A program made the translations under genes and the position numbers. This document shows, in pieces, positions 18,476-28,042 of a stretch of 64,000 bases of DNA (positions are counted from its first letter, which is position 1; every line of letters begins with the position of its first letter). The stretch lies in NCBI GenBank assembly GCA_018650645.1, contig JABIFP010000020.1, forward strand, positions 82,529 through 146,528, written 5' to 3'. Origin of the DNA: Candidatus Magasanikiibacteriota bacterium. GTDB taxonomy: Bacteria; Patescibacteriota; Patescibacteriia; Magasanikbacterales; UBA922. The notes under the pieces are model-generated. The model did no database searches and was not told where the DNA came from. It worked only from the letters and a program-made list of their open reading frames with translations.

Positions 18476-19264
18476 TTAATCGAGCGGATAATCAAATTCG
18501 TCTCCCGTATTTAATCTTCTTGAGCTAAACATGATGAGTGCTGAAGGGTCATCAAGCGGGTTGGTCATTCTTGCGCAAACCCCGGAAGGCATTTGAATTG
18601 CTCGAGTTGCGCTCGTAAGTGCCCCTACATAGCGCTCTTTTGTATCGATTTGTTCACAAATAACATCAACTTGCCCGTACGCAACGTAGAACATGAGGTC
18701 TGTTTGTTTATGATAGTAATCCCCAATAACCTTTTTGGGACTAAGCACGAGCCTCGAAATATATATAGACCCTACTTTGGCAGTTGCCAAAATTCTTCCT
18801 TGATTTGATTTATCTTGCTGAAAATTAAACATGTCGAGCTGATTTTCACAGCGCTCCCCTAAACAAGTACCTTCATCCATTTCTCTAAAAGAATCGCTTT
18901 TTGAACGCAGCTCTCTATTACTGAAAAATACTAAGATAGCATTTCCCTTCCCAACATTCTGCGTTGAAATTTTGTGGCACGGTGGAATTTGTACGATGTG
19001 CCTACCGGGATCTAAAATGAATTCCTTCCGTTTTTTTGTACACACTTGTTCAAATGATGCATGCACGCGGCCCTTTGCAACATAAAACACCACTTCCGTT
19101 TCTTTATGATAATACCCACCCGTAATTACACCTGGTTCAATTTCAACACGAGTCATAAAGACATCACCAATTTTTGCTGTTGAAACGCGCCTTCCCGGCT
19201 TGCTCAGATCATGCACAAAATCGCAGATCGTGATAAATTGTGGTGTTATCCCAGAATCAGTCAT
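18476..19264 (-). CDS. Bicupin protein (two WxcM/FdtA-like cupin domains), probable sugar isomerase
   Basis: Internal duplication: GGYYHKETEVVFYVAKGRVHASFEQ and GDYYHKQTDLMFYVAYGQVDVICEQ. Confidence 0.5.
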   Translation of the reverse strand: MTDSGITPQFITICDFVHDLSKPGRRVSTAKIGDVFMTRVEIEPGVITGGYYHKETEVVFYVAKGRVHASFEQVCTKKRKEFILDPGRHIVQIPPCHKISTQNVGKGNAILVFFSNRELRSKSDSFREMDEGTCLGERCENQLDMFNFQQDKSNQGRILATAKVGSIYISRLVLSPKKVIGDYYHKQTDLMFYVAYGQVDVICEQIDTKERYVGALTSATRAIQMPSGVCARMTNPLDDPSALIMFSSRRLNTGDEFDYPLD

Positions 19265-19282
19265 ACTCCCCTTTATTACCCT

Positions 19283-19813
19283 CTATACATGTTTTCTGAC
19301 AAGCGCCCATGCAGCAATACTCATTCCGTTCCAAATGTCTCCATGACTAATCATTTCGTCAATTTCTTCAGGCTTTCTGTACACAAGTTCTATTTCTTCA
19401 CTTGCATCCGGCGCTGCTTGTTGCTGATCGATTACATCACAGAGAAATACTTGCGCTTTATCCTTCACCATTCCTGGCGCCGGCTCAAACTCACCAAGCT
19501 TTGACCAGTTTTCGGCTATTAATCCTGTTTCTTCTAACAACTCCCGTTTTGCAGCAGAGAGCCCATCAATATCCTCACCGGCTCCTCCCCCAGGGATTTC
19601 TATACTTTGCTTATCATGGAGATACCGATACTGCAACACGAGTGCTATACGTCCATCAGCCAATCGCGGGATGATTAATACATTTCCAGGCGTCTCAAGA
19701 TAGTAATACTGTCCTGTTTTTCCATCCGGCAGCTCATACTCATCATGCTTATACTCGTACCATGGATTCTCGTGAATCACCTCTGTAGAAATTGTTTTTA
19801 ATCGCTTTGGCAT
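19283..19813 (-). CDS. NUDIX hydrolase (ADP-ribose pyrophosphatase-like)
   Basis: Nudix box GGGAGEDIDGLSAAKRELLEETG. Confidence 0.85.
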   Translation of the reverse strand: MPKRLKTISTEVIHENPWYEYKHDEYELPDGKTGQYYYLETPGNVLIIPRLADGRIALVLQYRYLHDKQSIEIPGGGAGEDIDGLSAAKRELLEETGLIAENWSKLGEFEPAPGMVKDKAQVFLCDVIDQQQAAPDASEEIELVYRKPEEIDEMISHGDIWNGMSIAAWALVRKHV

Positions 19814-19814
19814 A

Positions 19815-20252
19815 TTAAGTAAACAGTGCCGCTATCTCTTCAATCGATTCACTTGGAGGATTTTTTACAATCGAGTGCATGCTTCCGCCATTATCGTCCG
19901 CCCAGCGTGGAATAATGTGCACGTGAACATACGGTACTGATTGCCCAGCAACTTCGCCATGATTCACGCCAAAAGTAAATCCTTCTGGTGAGAGCACTTC
20001 CTTGATTTTTTTTGTTGCATGCTGCACTCCTTGCCACAATGACGAAATAGTTTCCGCAGAGAGATCCAGGAGTGTTTCTCCAAATACTTTTGGCACTACC
20101 AGCGTGTGCCCTTTTGCAAGCGGAAAGATATCTAAAAATGCGAGGACATGCTCATCCTCATATACTTTATGTGCCGGAATTTCACCCGCAAGAATCTTAT
20201 GAAAAATTGTTTCTTCCATAGGATTAGTGATTATCGATATGTTTGATGCCAA
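19815..20252 (-). CDS. HIT-family (histidine triad) nucleotide hydrolase
   Basis: HVHVHIIPR histidine-triad motif. Confidence 0.85.
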   Translation of the reverse strand: MASNISIITNPMEETIFHKILAGEIPAHKVYEDEHVLAFLDIFPLAKGHTLVVPKVFGETLLDLSAETISSLWQGVQHATKKIKEVLSPEGFTFGVNHGEVAGQSVPYVHVHIIPRWADDNGGSMHSIVKNPPSESIEEIAALFT

Positions 20253-20919
20253 GCTCAGGAATCAGAATTGGATAATCAAAGCTGAGCATAAATGCAGCAG
20301 CCTTTGCCGCAGCCTCTACAGGTAAGGCATTATCAAAAGAGACGTCTTTAATTCCAGCTCGCTCAAAAAGTGGCGTAGCAATTTTCCCCGGATAAAATCC
20401 CATAACACGAATTTTATCTGGCTCTAATTCTATGGCCAAACATTTCGTCATACCCGTAAGCGCCCATTTACTTGTGTTGTATGCACTTCTATTTACTTTA
20501 GCATGTATACCCGCCTGAGAAACAACATTTAATATCGTTCCCGATTGCTGTTTTTTCATGTATGGCACTGCAGCTCTTGTAAGTGCAAAGGTTCCATTTA
20601 CGTTTACATCCATGAGTTTTTTAAATGCGTCAGGATCAGTCTCTTCGATTTTTTGATGCAAGTAAATGCCTGCATTGTTTATGAGCACATCAATTTTTCC
20701 GTGTTCTTTTACAATTTCTTCTATAACGCGTTCACACCATGCAGGATCACAAATATCACATTCATGTGCGCTTACGCCAAGTTCCTTCGCCACTTCTTCA
20801 AGTGGCTGCTTCTCATTTGATAAAATCACCACGGTATGGTCTTTGTTTAATTCGGCTGCCAGTGCTTTTCCAAGCCCTGAACTTCCCCCCGAAATTACGA
20901 TCACCTGATTGTTTGTCAT
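20224..20919 (-). CDS. Short-chain dehydrogenase/reductase (SDR)
   Basis: ISGGSSGLGKA (TGxxxGxG) and YNTSK (YxxxK) motifs. Confidence 0.85.
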   Translation of the reverse strand: MTNNQVIVISGGSSGLGKALAAELNKDHTVVILSNEKQPLEEVAKELGVSAHECDICDPAWCERVIEEIVKEHGKIDVLINNAGIYLHQKIEETDPDAFKKLMDVNVNGTFALTRAAVPYMKKQQSGTILNVVSQAGIHAKVNRSAYNTSKWALTGMTKCLAIELEPDKIRVMGFYPGKIATPLFERAGIKDVSFDNALPVEAAAKAAAFMLSFDYPILIPELGIKHIDNH

Positions 20920-23228
20920 ATTGACGTATTAGTTTCTGATTCAATCATACCCGAATCATTGCCTCCCGGCAACCGCCGGTCATATTCCCATAGATAATAG
21001 GCCCCAGACTCAGTAGAACTACTCATAAATACTGATGAAATAAGTGGCAATTGCTGCGTGTCTACACGCTGCTTTTGTAGCGCAACTAAGCAAAATTCTC
21101 CTTCAGGAATGTATAATTCTGCCATTCCCTTGGTGTTCTGTGATACCGCCAAATAAAGCTCTTCCAGCAGTGCTTCCCGTTCTGGCTGCTGATGTTGGCT
21201 TCCAATTGGAAAATTTCCACCAATATAGCGCCCACCTGAAGTCGCTTCAAGCCCAAGCAGCGGCCACGTGTCTGCCAAAATACACGAATATACGGGTTTT
21301 TCTGCAATATGCACAGCAAGTGCATATTCCGTTTCGTTCATCGTTCGTAAATCTGGCCCAGAAGCAAGCGAGGAAACTGTTACACCAGAAAGAAATAACA
21401 CCAAGATTGCAAACACCCCTTTTGCAGCCCGCTTAGAAACGCGCACTTTCCATGTAGAAAAAAATCTCGCTACTCCATAGAGTATAAAAAGCATGGCAAA
21501 TAGTGTAACCATTGGATCAAGTCTACGCACAAACGAATGATCACCACCCATACCAAACCATCCAATTCCATATCCGCCAGCTACTGCCGCGCCAACAAGT
21601 GCTAATAGCCACCAGCTTCTTTCCTGCTCTTTTATATACAATCGATACACTCCATACAGTGCTAGCAGTATTGCCATAATTGCCGCGACCATAACATGCC
21701 ACCGCACAGAGGTAAATGGAGACGCTGCGAATGCATAGTCTGGCGTATGATTGAAAAGTAAATTAAAAGGCAATATATCATGTGAGCGAATCATAGACGC
21801 GTAAAACCATCCAGAACTCATACCAACAGCTTGTTTTACAGCATGTAGTGCCTTTCCACCAGAGAATCCAAAAGAAGAAATCCCCGCCAACCACTCGAGT
21901 ACAGGAATCACACCCATCGCTAACAGTGACAGTACAGCAAACCATACTCGTTTTAAGGCACCAAGTGCACCTTTCATTGACCCAAGAACAATAATACCGA
22001 CTAATGCAATGAGCACCACCACAATATATACAGGATGAGCAAAAAAGAGCCAAACACTTTGCAGGGCAAACAGTATCCAATGACGCATTTGCTTTCCCTG
22101 CAAAGCAAGCAAAAGGAGGAGTATTGACCAGACAAAGGCAAGAAAACCAATGCTAATTGCCAAAGACAGCCCGCCAAGTGCCTGAAGAGAAAACGGTACA
22201 ACGCTGAGCGCGGCTAGCCACACACCGTACCGTGGTGAGGTAAATAGTAATCTTCCTAATCGATATAGCAAAAGCGGCAAAAAAAGCGCCCACAGCAGCA
22301 CAATGAGCCACCTGTTGGCTGTGTGCATAGAAACACCAAACACTTCTTGTGCACTAATCTCATATGCCCAGAGCTGCGCATACACATACTTATGTGGCTG
22401 CACAAATACTTTTGGCAGCTTAAGCCAAGATAATTGTACCATCTGTGGATTTGGGAAAAGTACCGGCTCAATATATTCCCCAGCAATGAGCTGTTCCTGC
22501 GCCCCCATCATTCTATATACATCACCGCCAACTGGTAAAGTGTGGCTTAATGGAATAGCCGCATGAATAAGAAAACTATGTAAAATAATAAAGACCAAAA
22601 TGACCTTTGTTTTAAATCGTGAAAATATCATGACGCCAAGCATGATGCTAAGGGCAAATATTACCCAAAGCGTCATAGCATCAAATGTTTGCCAAGGAGA
22701 AAATAGTGCGGCTCCTGACTGCAAAGAATGCATGTGTGCAACTACCCCAACAAGCCCAGCCATATATGCAAGTGCAAGCAATCGCGGTGGTGCAAAAAAC
22801 GTGCCTCGAGCAATATGAATATGCGGCTTTATCTGAATTTTATCTATATGCCCCTTACCGCCCTGAAGCGTAAACTGACGAAACAGGCCCGTTGCTGCCG
22901 CTGTTAATACAAATGACCCAAGTAGTGCCACCACGGAATACGTATTCCACACAAGCATTACGGCAAGCATCCCGCACAGCAGCGTGAGCATTGCCCAAGA
23001 ACCAAGCAGTGTTGTCACAGCATCTGTTTTTTTCCATCTATACAACCGATTTAATATCTGCTGCCACCAAGACACAACAACTCGCGTATACAAAACGAAT
23101 CCAATCGTACTTAGTAATGGAATACCCTTTATGAGTCCTCCTGCCAAAAAGCTAAGCCCCAAAAGAAGCAGTATTGCATTAATAGGCGCAGAAAGTGGCG
23201 TAAAAATTCTTGGAAATCTATGCATCAT
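20916..23228 (-). CDS. Large polytopic membrane protein (770 aa), possibly a GT-C/YfhO-like glycosyltransferase or polymerase; no diagnostic motif
   Basis: More than 15 predicted TM helices plus a soluble C-terminal domain. Confidence 0.35.
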   Translation of the reverse strand: MMHRFPRIFTPLSAPINAILLLLGLSFLAGGLIKGIPLLSTIGFVLYTRVVVSWWQQILNRLYRWKKTDAVTTLLGSWAMLTLLCGMLAVMLVWNTYSVVALLGSFVLTAAATGLFRQFTLQGGKGHIDKIQIKPHIHIARGTFFAPPRLLALAYMAGLVGVVAHMHSLQSGAALFSPWQTFDAMTLWVIFALSIMLGVMIFSRFKTKVILVFIILHSFLIHAAIPLSHTLPVGGDVYRMMGAQEQLIAGEYIEPVLFPNPQMVQLSWLKLPKVFVQPHKYVYAQLWAYEISAQEVFGVSMHTANRWLIVLLWALFLPLLLYRLGRLLFTSPRYGVWLAALSVVPFSLQALGGLSLAISIGFLAFVWSILLLLLALQGKQMRHWILFALQSVWLFFAHPVYIVVVLIALVGIIVLGSMKGALGALKRVWFAVLSLLAMGVIPVLEWLAGISSFGFSGGKALHAVKQAVGMSSGWFYASMIRSHDILPFNLLFNHTPDYAFAASPFTSVRWHVMVAAIMAILLALYGVYRLYIKEQERSWWLLALVGAAVAGGYGIGWFGMGGDHSFVRRLDPMVTLFAMLFILYGVARFFSTWKVRVSKRAAKGVFAILVLFLSGVTVSSLASGPDLRTMNETEYALAVHIAEKPVYSCILADTWPLLGLEATSGGRYIGGNFPIGSQHQQPEREALLEELYLAVSQNTKGMAELYIPEGEFCLVALQKQRVDTQQLPLISSVFMSSSTESGAYYLWEYDRRLPGGNDSGMIESETNTSI

Positions 23229-23229
23229 A

Positions 23230-23865
23230 TTACATTCCTTGCGTAAACAAACTCACAACAGCAAATCCAATTGCTAGTCCAAACACCCAAGAAGCGATGG
23301 ACAATAAATATGGAACATTAAACACAAGTGCCATAAGCGTTACAGAAACAGCTATTACCTGTGAAATCATCTTAATCTTTCCCCAACGATTAGCTGCACG
23401 GACTTCATGAAATCGTAATTTGGCTACAGCCGCAAGTATCAAAAACAATACTTCAATTCCCAAAATTGTCATGCCAATCCAAAGCGGAAAATGCGTTAGT
23501 ACAACAAGCAAAATCATTGATCCCACAAGCAGCTTATCTGCAAGTGGATCAAACATCATTCCCCACTGCGTTACCATGTTCCTCGTTCTGGCCAGTGATC
23601 CATCAATCGCATCAGTAAACGCGAGGAGCAAGAATAAACCAGCGCCCCAGTCGTAAATACCAATTGAAATAATGTATACAGCAAGCGGCGTAAACAAAAT
23701 CCTAAAAGCCGTCACCTGATTTGGGGTAATGCGCTGAGGAATAAGTTTTAGTACTGTTTTTGCCATGAGCGAGTCATGGACAAATATGTGGTCAGCTTTT
23801 TGAAATCGAAACATTGCTGGATGCGAGGATGTAAAGCGTTTGACCAACCGAAACGTACCGATCAT
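23230..23865 (-). CDS. CDP-alcohol phosphatidyltransferase (PgsA/PssA family)
   Basis: DAIDGSLARTRNMVTQWGMMFDPLADK matches D-G-x2-A-R-x8-G-x3-D-x3-D. Confidence 0.85.
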   Translation of the reverse strand: MIGTFRLVKRFTSSHPAMFRFQKADHIFVHDSLMAKTVLKLIPQRITPNQVTAFRILFTPLAVYIISIGIYDWGAGLFLLLAFTDAIDGSLARTRNMVTQWGMMFDPLADKLLVGSMILLVVLTHFPLWIGMTILGIEVLFLILAAVAKLRFHEVRAANRWGKIKMISQVIAVSVTLMALVFNVPYLLSIASWVFGLAIGFAVVSLFTQGM

Positions 23866-23884
23866 ATATGCGGATTATGCCCGT

Positions 23885-23913
23885 ATTATACGCAATATCC
23901 GTTAATTTAGCAA
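23885..23913 (-). promoter_or_regulatory. Sigma70-like promoter (TTGCTA, 17-nt spacer, TATAAT) for the phosphatidyltransferase gene; very short leader
   Basis: Minus-strand TTGCTA...17 nt...TATAAT, about 20 nt upstream of the ATG. Confidence 0.4.
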
Positions 23914-23943
23914 AAAAAAGAACCCCAAACGGGATTCTTTTTG
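23912..23943 (-). terminator. Bidirectional intrinsic terminator closing the ribosomal-protein operon (AGAACCC-CAAAC-GGGATTCT flanked by A/T runs)
   Basis: Stem-loop with an A8 run on one side and a T5 run on the other, just after the rpsI stop. Confidence 0.55.
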
Positions 23944-23949
23944 ATGTTG

Positions 23950-24342
23950 TTAACGTTTTCTCCACTGGTGTCCACGACGAGCGCCATGTCGACCCGGTTT
24001 CTTTCTTTCTTTTGCACGAGAATCTCTAGTAGTAAATCCTTGTGCTTTAAGGAGTGGTTTCAATCCCTCATCAAAGATGAGAAGTGCACGTGTGATACCG
24101 TGTCGTACGGCTTCTGCTTGTGCATTTACTCCACTTCCTGAAACTTTTACAGAAATATCGAAATCCTTTTGTTTTCCAACAACTTCTAGAGGTGCTACCA
24201 CCTTTTGTTGCCAAAATACGATTGGGAAATATTCAGTATAGTCTTTTCCGTTTACAGTGATCTTTCCTGATCCTTTTGCAAGGCGTACTCGAGCTGAAGC
24301 GGTTTTTCGGCGACCAAGGCCGCGAATGAATTCTAATGCCAT
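23950..24342 (-). CDS. rpsI: 30S ribosomal protein S9
   Basis: MALEFIRGLGRRKTASARVRL N-terminus; basic C-terminus ending WRKR. Confidence 0.9.
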   Translation of the reverse strand: MALEFIRGLGRRKTASARVRLAKGSGKITVNGKDYTEYFPIVFWQQKVVAPLEVVGKQKDFDISVKVSGSGVNAQAEAVRHGITRALLIFDEGLKPLLKAQGFTTRDSRAKERKKPGRHGARRGHQWRKR

Positions 24343-24347
24343 AGGAT

Positions 24348-24707
24348 TTATGCCTCAATAGTTAAACGCTTCATCATTTCGTTTCGTAGTCTATTTTTTG
24401 GAAGCATTTTCACTACCGCTCTACGCATAACTTCCGTTGGATCGTTATCGAATACCTTTTTCATTGGTGTTCGTCTGAGTCCACCTGGATGTTGTGTGTG
24501 GTGGTAGTAATCTTTTTGAACAAGTTTACGTCCTGTAAACTTCACTTTTGATGCATTTTTTACAACAACAATGTCTCCGCAATCTAGGTTTGGAGCAAAG
24601 GTTGGTTTGTTCTTACCGCGAAGTGCCATTGCAATTTGTGTCGCAACTCTTCCCACAGCTTGATCCGTAGCATCAATTTCAGTTGTTTGTCTTGTTTGGG
24701 TAGTCAT
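24348..24707 (-). CDS. rplM: 50S ribosomal protein L13
   Basis: Size, basic composition, and operon position upstream of rpsI. Confidence 0.85.
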   Translation of the reverse strand: MTTQTRQTTEIDATDQAVGRVATQIAMALRGKNKPTFAPNLDCGDIVVVKNASKVKFTGRKLVQKDYYHHTQHPGGLRRTPMKKVFDNDPTEVMRRAVVKMLPKNRLRNEMMKRLTIEA

Positions 24708-24715
24708 AAACTTTG

Positions 24716-25066
24716 TTATACAAGCTCAATGCGAACCATTTCAGCAGCATCGTTTTTTCGGTGACCGAGTTTAACGATTCGAGTGTATCCACCTTGACGT
24801 TCTTTATAATGAGGACCAATTTCAGTCATCATTTTTTGGATAGAACTTTTAGTGAAGAGCACTTTATTGACTGCCTTTCGGTCAGCCAAAGACCCACGTC
24901 CCGCTTTTGTAATGACTGGTTCAATTACCGTGCGAAGCGCTTTTGCCTTTGCTTTAGTTGTTCTAATTCCACCGTGGATAACAAGTGATTCAGCCAAGTT
25001 ACGCATAAGCGCCTTTCGCTGCTCTTTCTTTCTCCCGAGGGTGAATTTTTTTGAATTATGTCTCAT
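24716..25066 (-). CDS. rplQ: 50S ribosomal protein L17
   Basis: MRHNSKKFTLGRKKEQRKALMRNLA N-terminus; downstream of rpoA. Confidence 0.9.
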   Translation of the reverse strand: MRHNSKKFTLGRKKEQRKALMRNLAESLVIHGGIRTTKAKAKALRTVIEPVITKAGRGSLADRKAVNKVLFTKSSIQKMMTEIGPHYKERQGGYTRIVKLGHRKNDAAEMVRIELV

Positions 25067-25075
25067 AAATTTCTA

Positions 25076-25813
25076 TTACTCAGAATCCTCTGCTGAAGCG
25101 ACTGCGGAAGTACCGGTTCCACGTTCGGCTTCTGCCAAAATGACTGCAAAGTGATCCATTAGGATCTTAGTTCCCTGTTTTACTGCTTCTTTTACTGCTA
25201 ATGTTCCATTCGTTTCAATCGTCATGGTAAGTTTTTCAAAATCTGTCACATCTCCTACACGAGTATTTTCTACCGCATATCCCAAATCTCTGATTGGTGT
25301 GTAGAGAGAATCGATCAAAATTGTTCCAAGATCAACATTCTTTGCTTCCTTTTCTTTCACTGGAACGTATCCCAAACCTTTTCCGATAATAACTTCCATT
25401 TCAAGTGCTTTCCCGTCATCAGTAAGTGTAAGCAAATGTAAATCTTTGTTTACAAGTTCGATGTCTGCGTTATCTTTGAAATCTGCAGCAGTTACAGGAC
25501 CAAGTCCTTTTTTGCTGAGTTTTAGTAGTACAGGTTCTTCAGCATGTGAAATCACTGCAAGTTGTTTGAGGTTCAAGATAACTTCAACCATGTCTTCTTG
25601 CACGCCATCAATAGCGCCGAATTCATGTTGAACTCCATCGATTCGTACAGATTCAACAGCAGCACCCGGAAGTGATGCAAGGAGTACACGACGAAGTGCA
25701 TTTCCTAATGTTGTTCCGTATCCTTTTTCACAAGGAGAAACGATCAATTGACTCACGTTTTTTTGATCAGTTTCTTGAAACTCGATAGTTGTTGGAAGAA
25801 GAATGTGTTCCAT
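25076..25813 (-). CDS. rpoA: DNA-directed RNA polymerase alpha subunit, N-terminal domain only (245 aa)
   Basis: Alpha-NTD dimerisation region; position between rpsD and rplQ. It stops about 85 aa short of a canonical alpha, so it has no alpha-CTD. Confidence 0.8.
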   Translation of the reverse strand: MEHILLPTTIEFQETDQKNVSQLIVSPCEKGYGTTLGNALRRVLLASLPGAAVESVRIDGVQHEFGAIDGVQEDMVEVILNLKQLAVISHAEEPVLLKLSKKGLGPVTAADFKDNADIELVNKDLHLLTLTDDGKALEMEVIIGKGLGYVPVKEKEAKNVDLGTILIDSLYTPIRDLGYAVENTRVGDVTDFEKLTMTIETNGTLAVKEAVKQGTKILMDHFAVILAEAERGTGTSAVASAEDSE

Positions 25814-25849
25814 AGACGTTGGCTATTTACGTGCCATGACAGGCATGGA

Positions 25850-26470
25850 TTAACGAGATGAGTAATACTCAATAATAAGTTTTACATCAAAGACTTTGTC
25901 GTAATCTGCTTCAAGTGGCATTGAAACCACTTTTCCTTCCTGTTTGCTTGGGTCAATTGTGATCCAAGATGGAAGTGCAGCACTTGCAAGTCTTTCCTCA
26001 ATATTATCAAAGATTTTCTTCTTTGTCTTTGTTGCTTTCACAGCAATCACATCACCAACTTCCACCAAGTATGATGGAATATTCATTTTCTTTCCGTTTA
26101 CAGTGAACATGTTGTGTCCTACCATTTGTCTTGCTTGTGCACGAGTCACAGCAAAACCGAGTCGATAAATTACATTATCAAATCGTCTTTCAAGTAGTCC
26201 TTGCAAGTTTACTCCAGAGTCTCCTTGCATTCGTCCAGCTTCTTTCACGTATTTTGAAAATTGTCGTTCACGAAGTCCGTACATGAACTTTGCTTTTTGC
26301 TTTTCATCAAGTTGCTTTCCGTATGTTGAAGAACCACGACGACGTGCTTGTCCATGCATACCTGGGCGTTGAGAAAGGCGTTTTGCAACCTTTGCTGCAT
26401 TTGTTTTGAGTCCAAGATTCACACCAAATCGACGTGCAATCTTGTTTTTAGGTCCAATATATCTTCCCAT
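25850..26470 (-). CDS. rpsD: 30S ribosomal protein S4
   Basis: MGRYIGPKNKIARRFG N-terminus. Confidence 0.9.
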   Translation of the reverse strand: MGRYIGPKNKIARRFGVNLGLKTNAAKVAKRLSQRPGMHGQARRRGSSTYGKQLDEKQKAKFMYGLRERQFSKYVKEAGRMQGDSGVNLQGLLERRFDNVIYRLGFAVTRAQARQMVGHNMFTVNGKKMNIPSYLVEVGDVIAVKATKTKKKIFDNIEERLASAALPSWITIDPSKQEGKVVSMPLEADYDKVFDVKLIIEYYSSR

Positions 26471-26479
26471 AGTAGTCTA

Positions 26480-26875
26480 TTAAACGCGTCGTCTTTTAGG
26501 AGGTCGGCACCCGTTATGTGGGAGTGGTGTCACGTCTTTCACAGAAAGAACGTTTAACCCTTGACCATTCAGTCCTCGGATTGCTCCTTCACGACCGCCA
26601 CCGATTCCTTTTACGAATACATTTACTTCTTTTAATCCGAATGCTTTTGCAGCTTCTACAGCTCGCTTTACAACTTGCTGAGCAGCATATGGAGTTGCTT
26701 TCTTTGGACCTTTGAATCCAACCATTCCAGCACTTGCCCAAGTAAGGACATCTCCGTTCAAATCAGTAAGGGTAACAATAGTATTGTTGAAAGTTGCTTG
26801 GATGTATGCACGCCCAGAACTTACCTGCTTATTGATTTTTTTCTTTTTCGCTTTTGTTGCGGGTTTTTTAGCCAT
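26480..26875 (-). CDS. rpsK: 30S ribosomal protein S11
   Basis: C-terminus [11 protein letters not shown]...[13 protein letters not shown]. Confidence 0.9.
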   Translation of the reverse strand: MAKKPATKAKKKKINKQVSSGRAYIQATFNNTIVTLTDLNGDVLTWASAGMVGFKGPKKATPYAAQQVVKRAVEAAKAFGLKEVNVFVKGIGGGREGAIRGLNGQGLNVLSVKDVTPLPHNGCRPPKRRRV

Positions 26876-26904
26876 AACACGAATGTTGATTTGCGCTCAC
26901 AAAC

Positions 26905-27291
26905 CTAGGTTTTTTGAGCAGCTTTCTTCTTACCACTAGACGCCATCACTCTCTTGTTCCCGCGTCTTGTGCGTGAGTTAGTCTTTGTTCGTTGTCCACG
27001 AACTGGTAGGCTCTTCTTGTGTCGAATACCTCTATAACATTTAATGTCTTTCAGACGTTTAATGTTCGCAGTAACTTCACGACGAAGGTCACCTTCAGTT
27101 TTAAATTCTTTTTCAACAATTGCACGAATTGCATCTTCTTGATCACGAGTAAGATCTTTTACTCTTACATCTTCGTCAATGTTTGCTTTTTTCAAAATCT
27201 TTTGTGATGAGACAAGTCCTACACCAAAAATGTAAGTAAGTGAAATCACCACGCGTTTTTGTTTTGGAATGCTTACACCAGATACACGCAT
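26905..27291 (-). CDS. rpsM: 30S ribosomal protein S13
   Basis: [26 protein letters not shown]-terminus. Confidence 0.9.
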   Translation of the reverse strand: MRVSGVSIPKQKRVVISLTYIFGVGLVSSQKILKKANIDEDVRVKDLTRDQEDAIRAIVEKEFKTEGDLRREVTANIKRLKDIKCYRGIRHKKSLPVRGQRTKTNSRTRRGNKRVMASSGKKKAAQKT

Positions 27292-27308
27292 ATCTATTAA
27301 TTACTTGT

Positions 27309-27446
27309 TTAGGCAGCTTTTGTACGCTGCTTTGAACCTTGGGCAGAATTGTGGCGACGAATTTCACATCGCACTTCTAGACGCCCTTGTCTTCGAAGAA
27401 CTTTGCACTTAGGGCATCGTTTCTTTGCTGAACTCTTTTTCTTCAT
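27309..27446 (-). CDS. rpmJ: 50S ribosomal protein L36 (extended C-terminus, 45 aa)
   Basis: My own translation of an ORF not in the supplied track: MKKKSSAKKRCPKCKVLRRQGRLEVRCEIRRH..., with the C-x2-C...C...H zinc ribbon of L36; between infA and rpsM. Confidence 0.7.
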   Translation of the reverse strand: MKKKSSAKKRCPKCKVLRRQGRLEVRCEIRRHNSAQGSKQRTKAA

Positions 27447-27468
27447 ATCAGCCTGACAATTTATACAG

Positions 27469-27545
27469 GAATAAAAAAGATATCAACCACTGCCGCGATA
27501 TCGACGCTCGTCTCGACTGACAAGCTACACCGCACCGGTTGATAT
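27469..27545 (-). terminator. Long inverted repeat (9-bp perfect arms GATATCAACC/GGTTGATAT enclosing ~50 nt) followed by a T-run on the minus strand, between infA and rpmJ
   Basis: Structure seen directly; CTTTTTTATT follows on the transcribed strand. It could act as a terminator or attenuator after infA. Confidence 0.45.
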
Positions 27546-27554
27546 TTTGCTCTA

Positions 27555-27785
27555 TTAGAGTCGGTATGTAATACGCCCTTTAGTGAGGTCATATGGAGTC
27601 ATCTCCACTTTGACGCGGTCACCAATTCCTAATCGGATTCGGAACTTTCTCATCTTCCCTCCGAGGTAGGCTACAATCTCGTGATCGTTCTCTAACTTTA
27701 CACGAAATTTAGCTCCCGGAAGTACCTCATCGATCACTCCGTGAAGGACCAGGGCATCGTTATTTTTTGCCATTTCTGGATTCAA
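27555..27785 (-). CDS. infA: Translation initiation factor IF-1
   Basis: 72-76 aa S1-like OB fold, ...[34 protein letters not shown]. Confidence 0.9.
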   Translation of the reverse strand: MNPEMAKNNDALVLHGVIDEVLPGAKFRVKLENDHEIVAYLGGKMRKFRIRLGIGDRVKVEMTPYDLTKGRITYRL

Positions 27786-27799
27786 TTTAACTGCGCAGT

Positions 27800-27828
27800 A
27801 TGATAATGCATTTTGTCCCTAATGTCAA
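27800..27828 (-). promoter_or_regulatory. Sigma70-type promoter for infA (TTGACA, 17-nt spacer, TATCAT)
   Basis: Minus-strand TTGACA ttagggacaaaatgcat TATCAT, about 15 nt upstream of the infA start. Confidence 0.55.
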
Positions 27829-28012
27829 GAAAAAGGAACTTGCGCGTGTGAATAACTTGGATGAAATCAGATTCTGCCAATTCAGGCGGAATCTATATCC
27901 CCCATAGCATAGCTTGTATTGACAAATTATGCAAGATAGGGTACCTCTACATTAAACAATTTGTTTAAAAAACATCGATTTAACCAAGTTTTATTGGCAT
28001 TCCGCCTCTATT

Positions 28013-28029
28013 CTGTCTAAATAAGACAG
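28013..28029. promoter_or_regulatory. Perfect palindrome CTGTCT-AAATA-AGACAG, 13 nt upstream of the wHTH gene start; candidate auto-operator
   Basis: Seen directly. It overlaps the expected RBS region of the 28043 gene, which begins with a winged-helix-like domain. Confidence 0.35.
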
Positions 28030-28042
28030 TAATCATTAGCAC

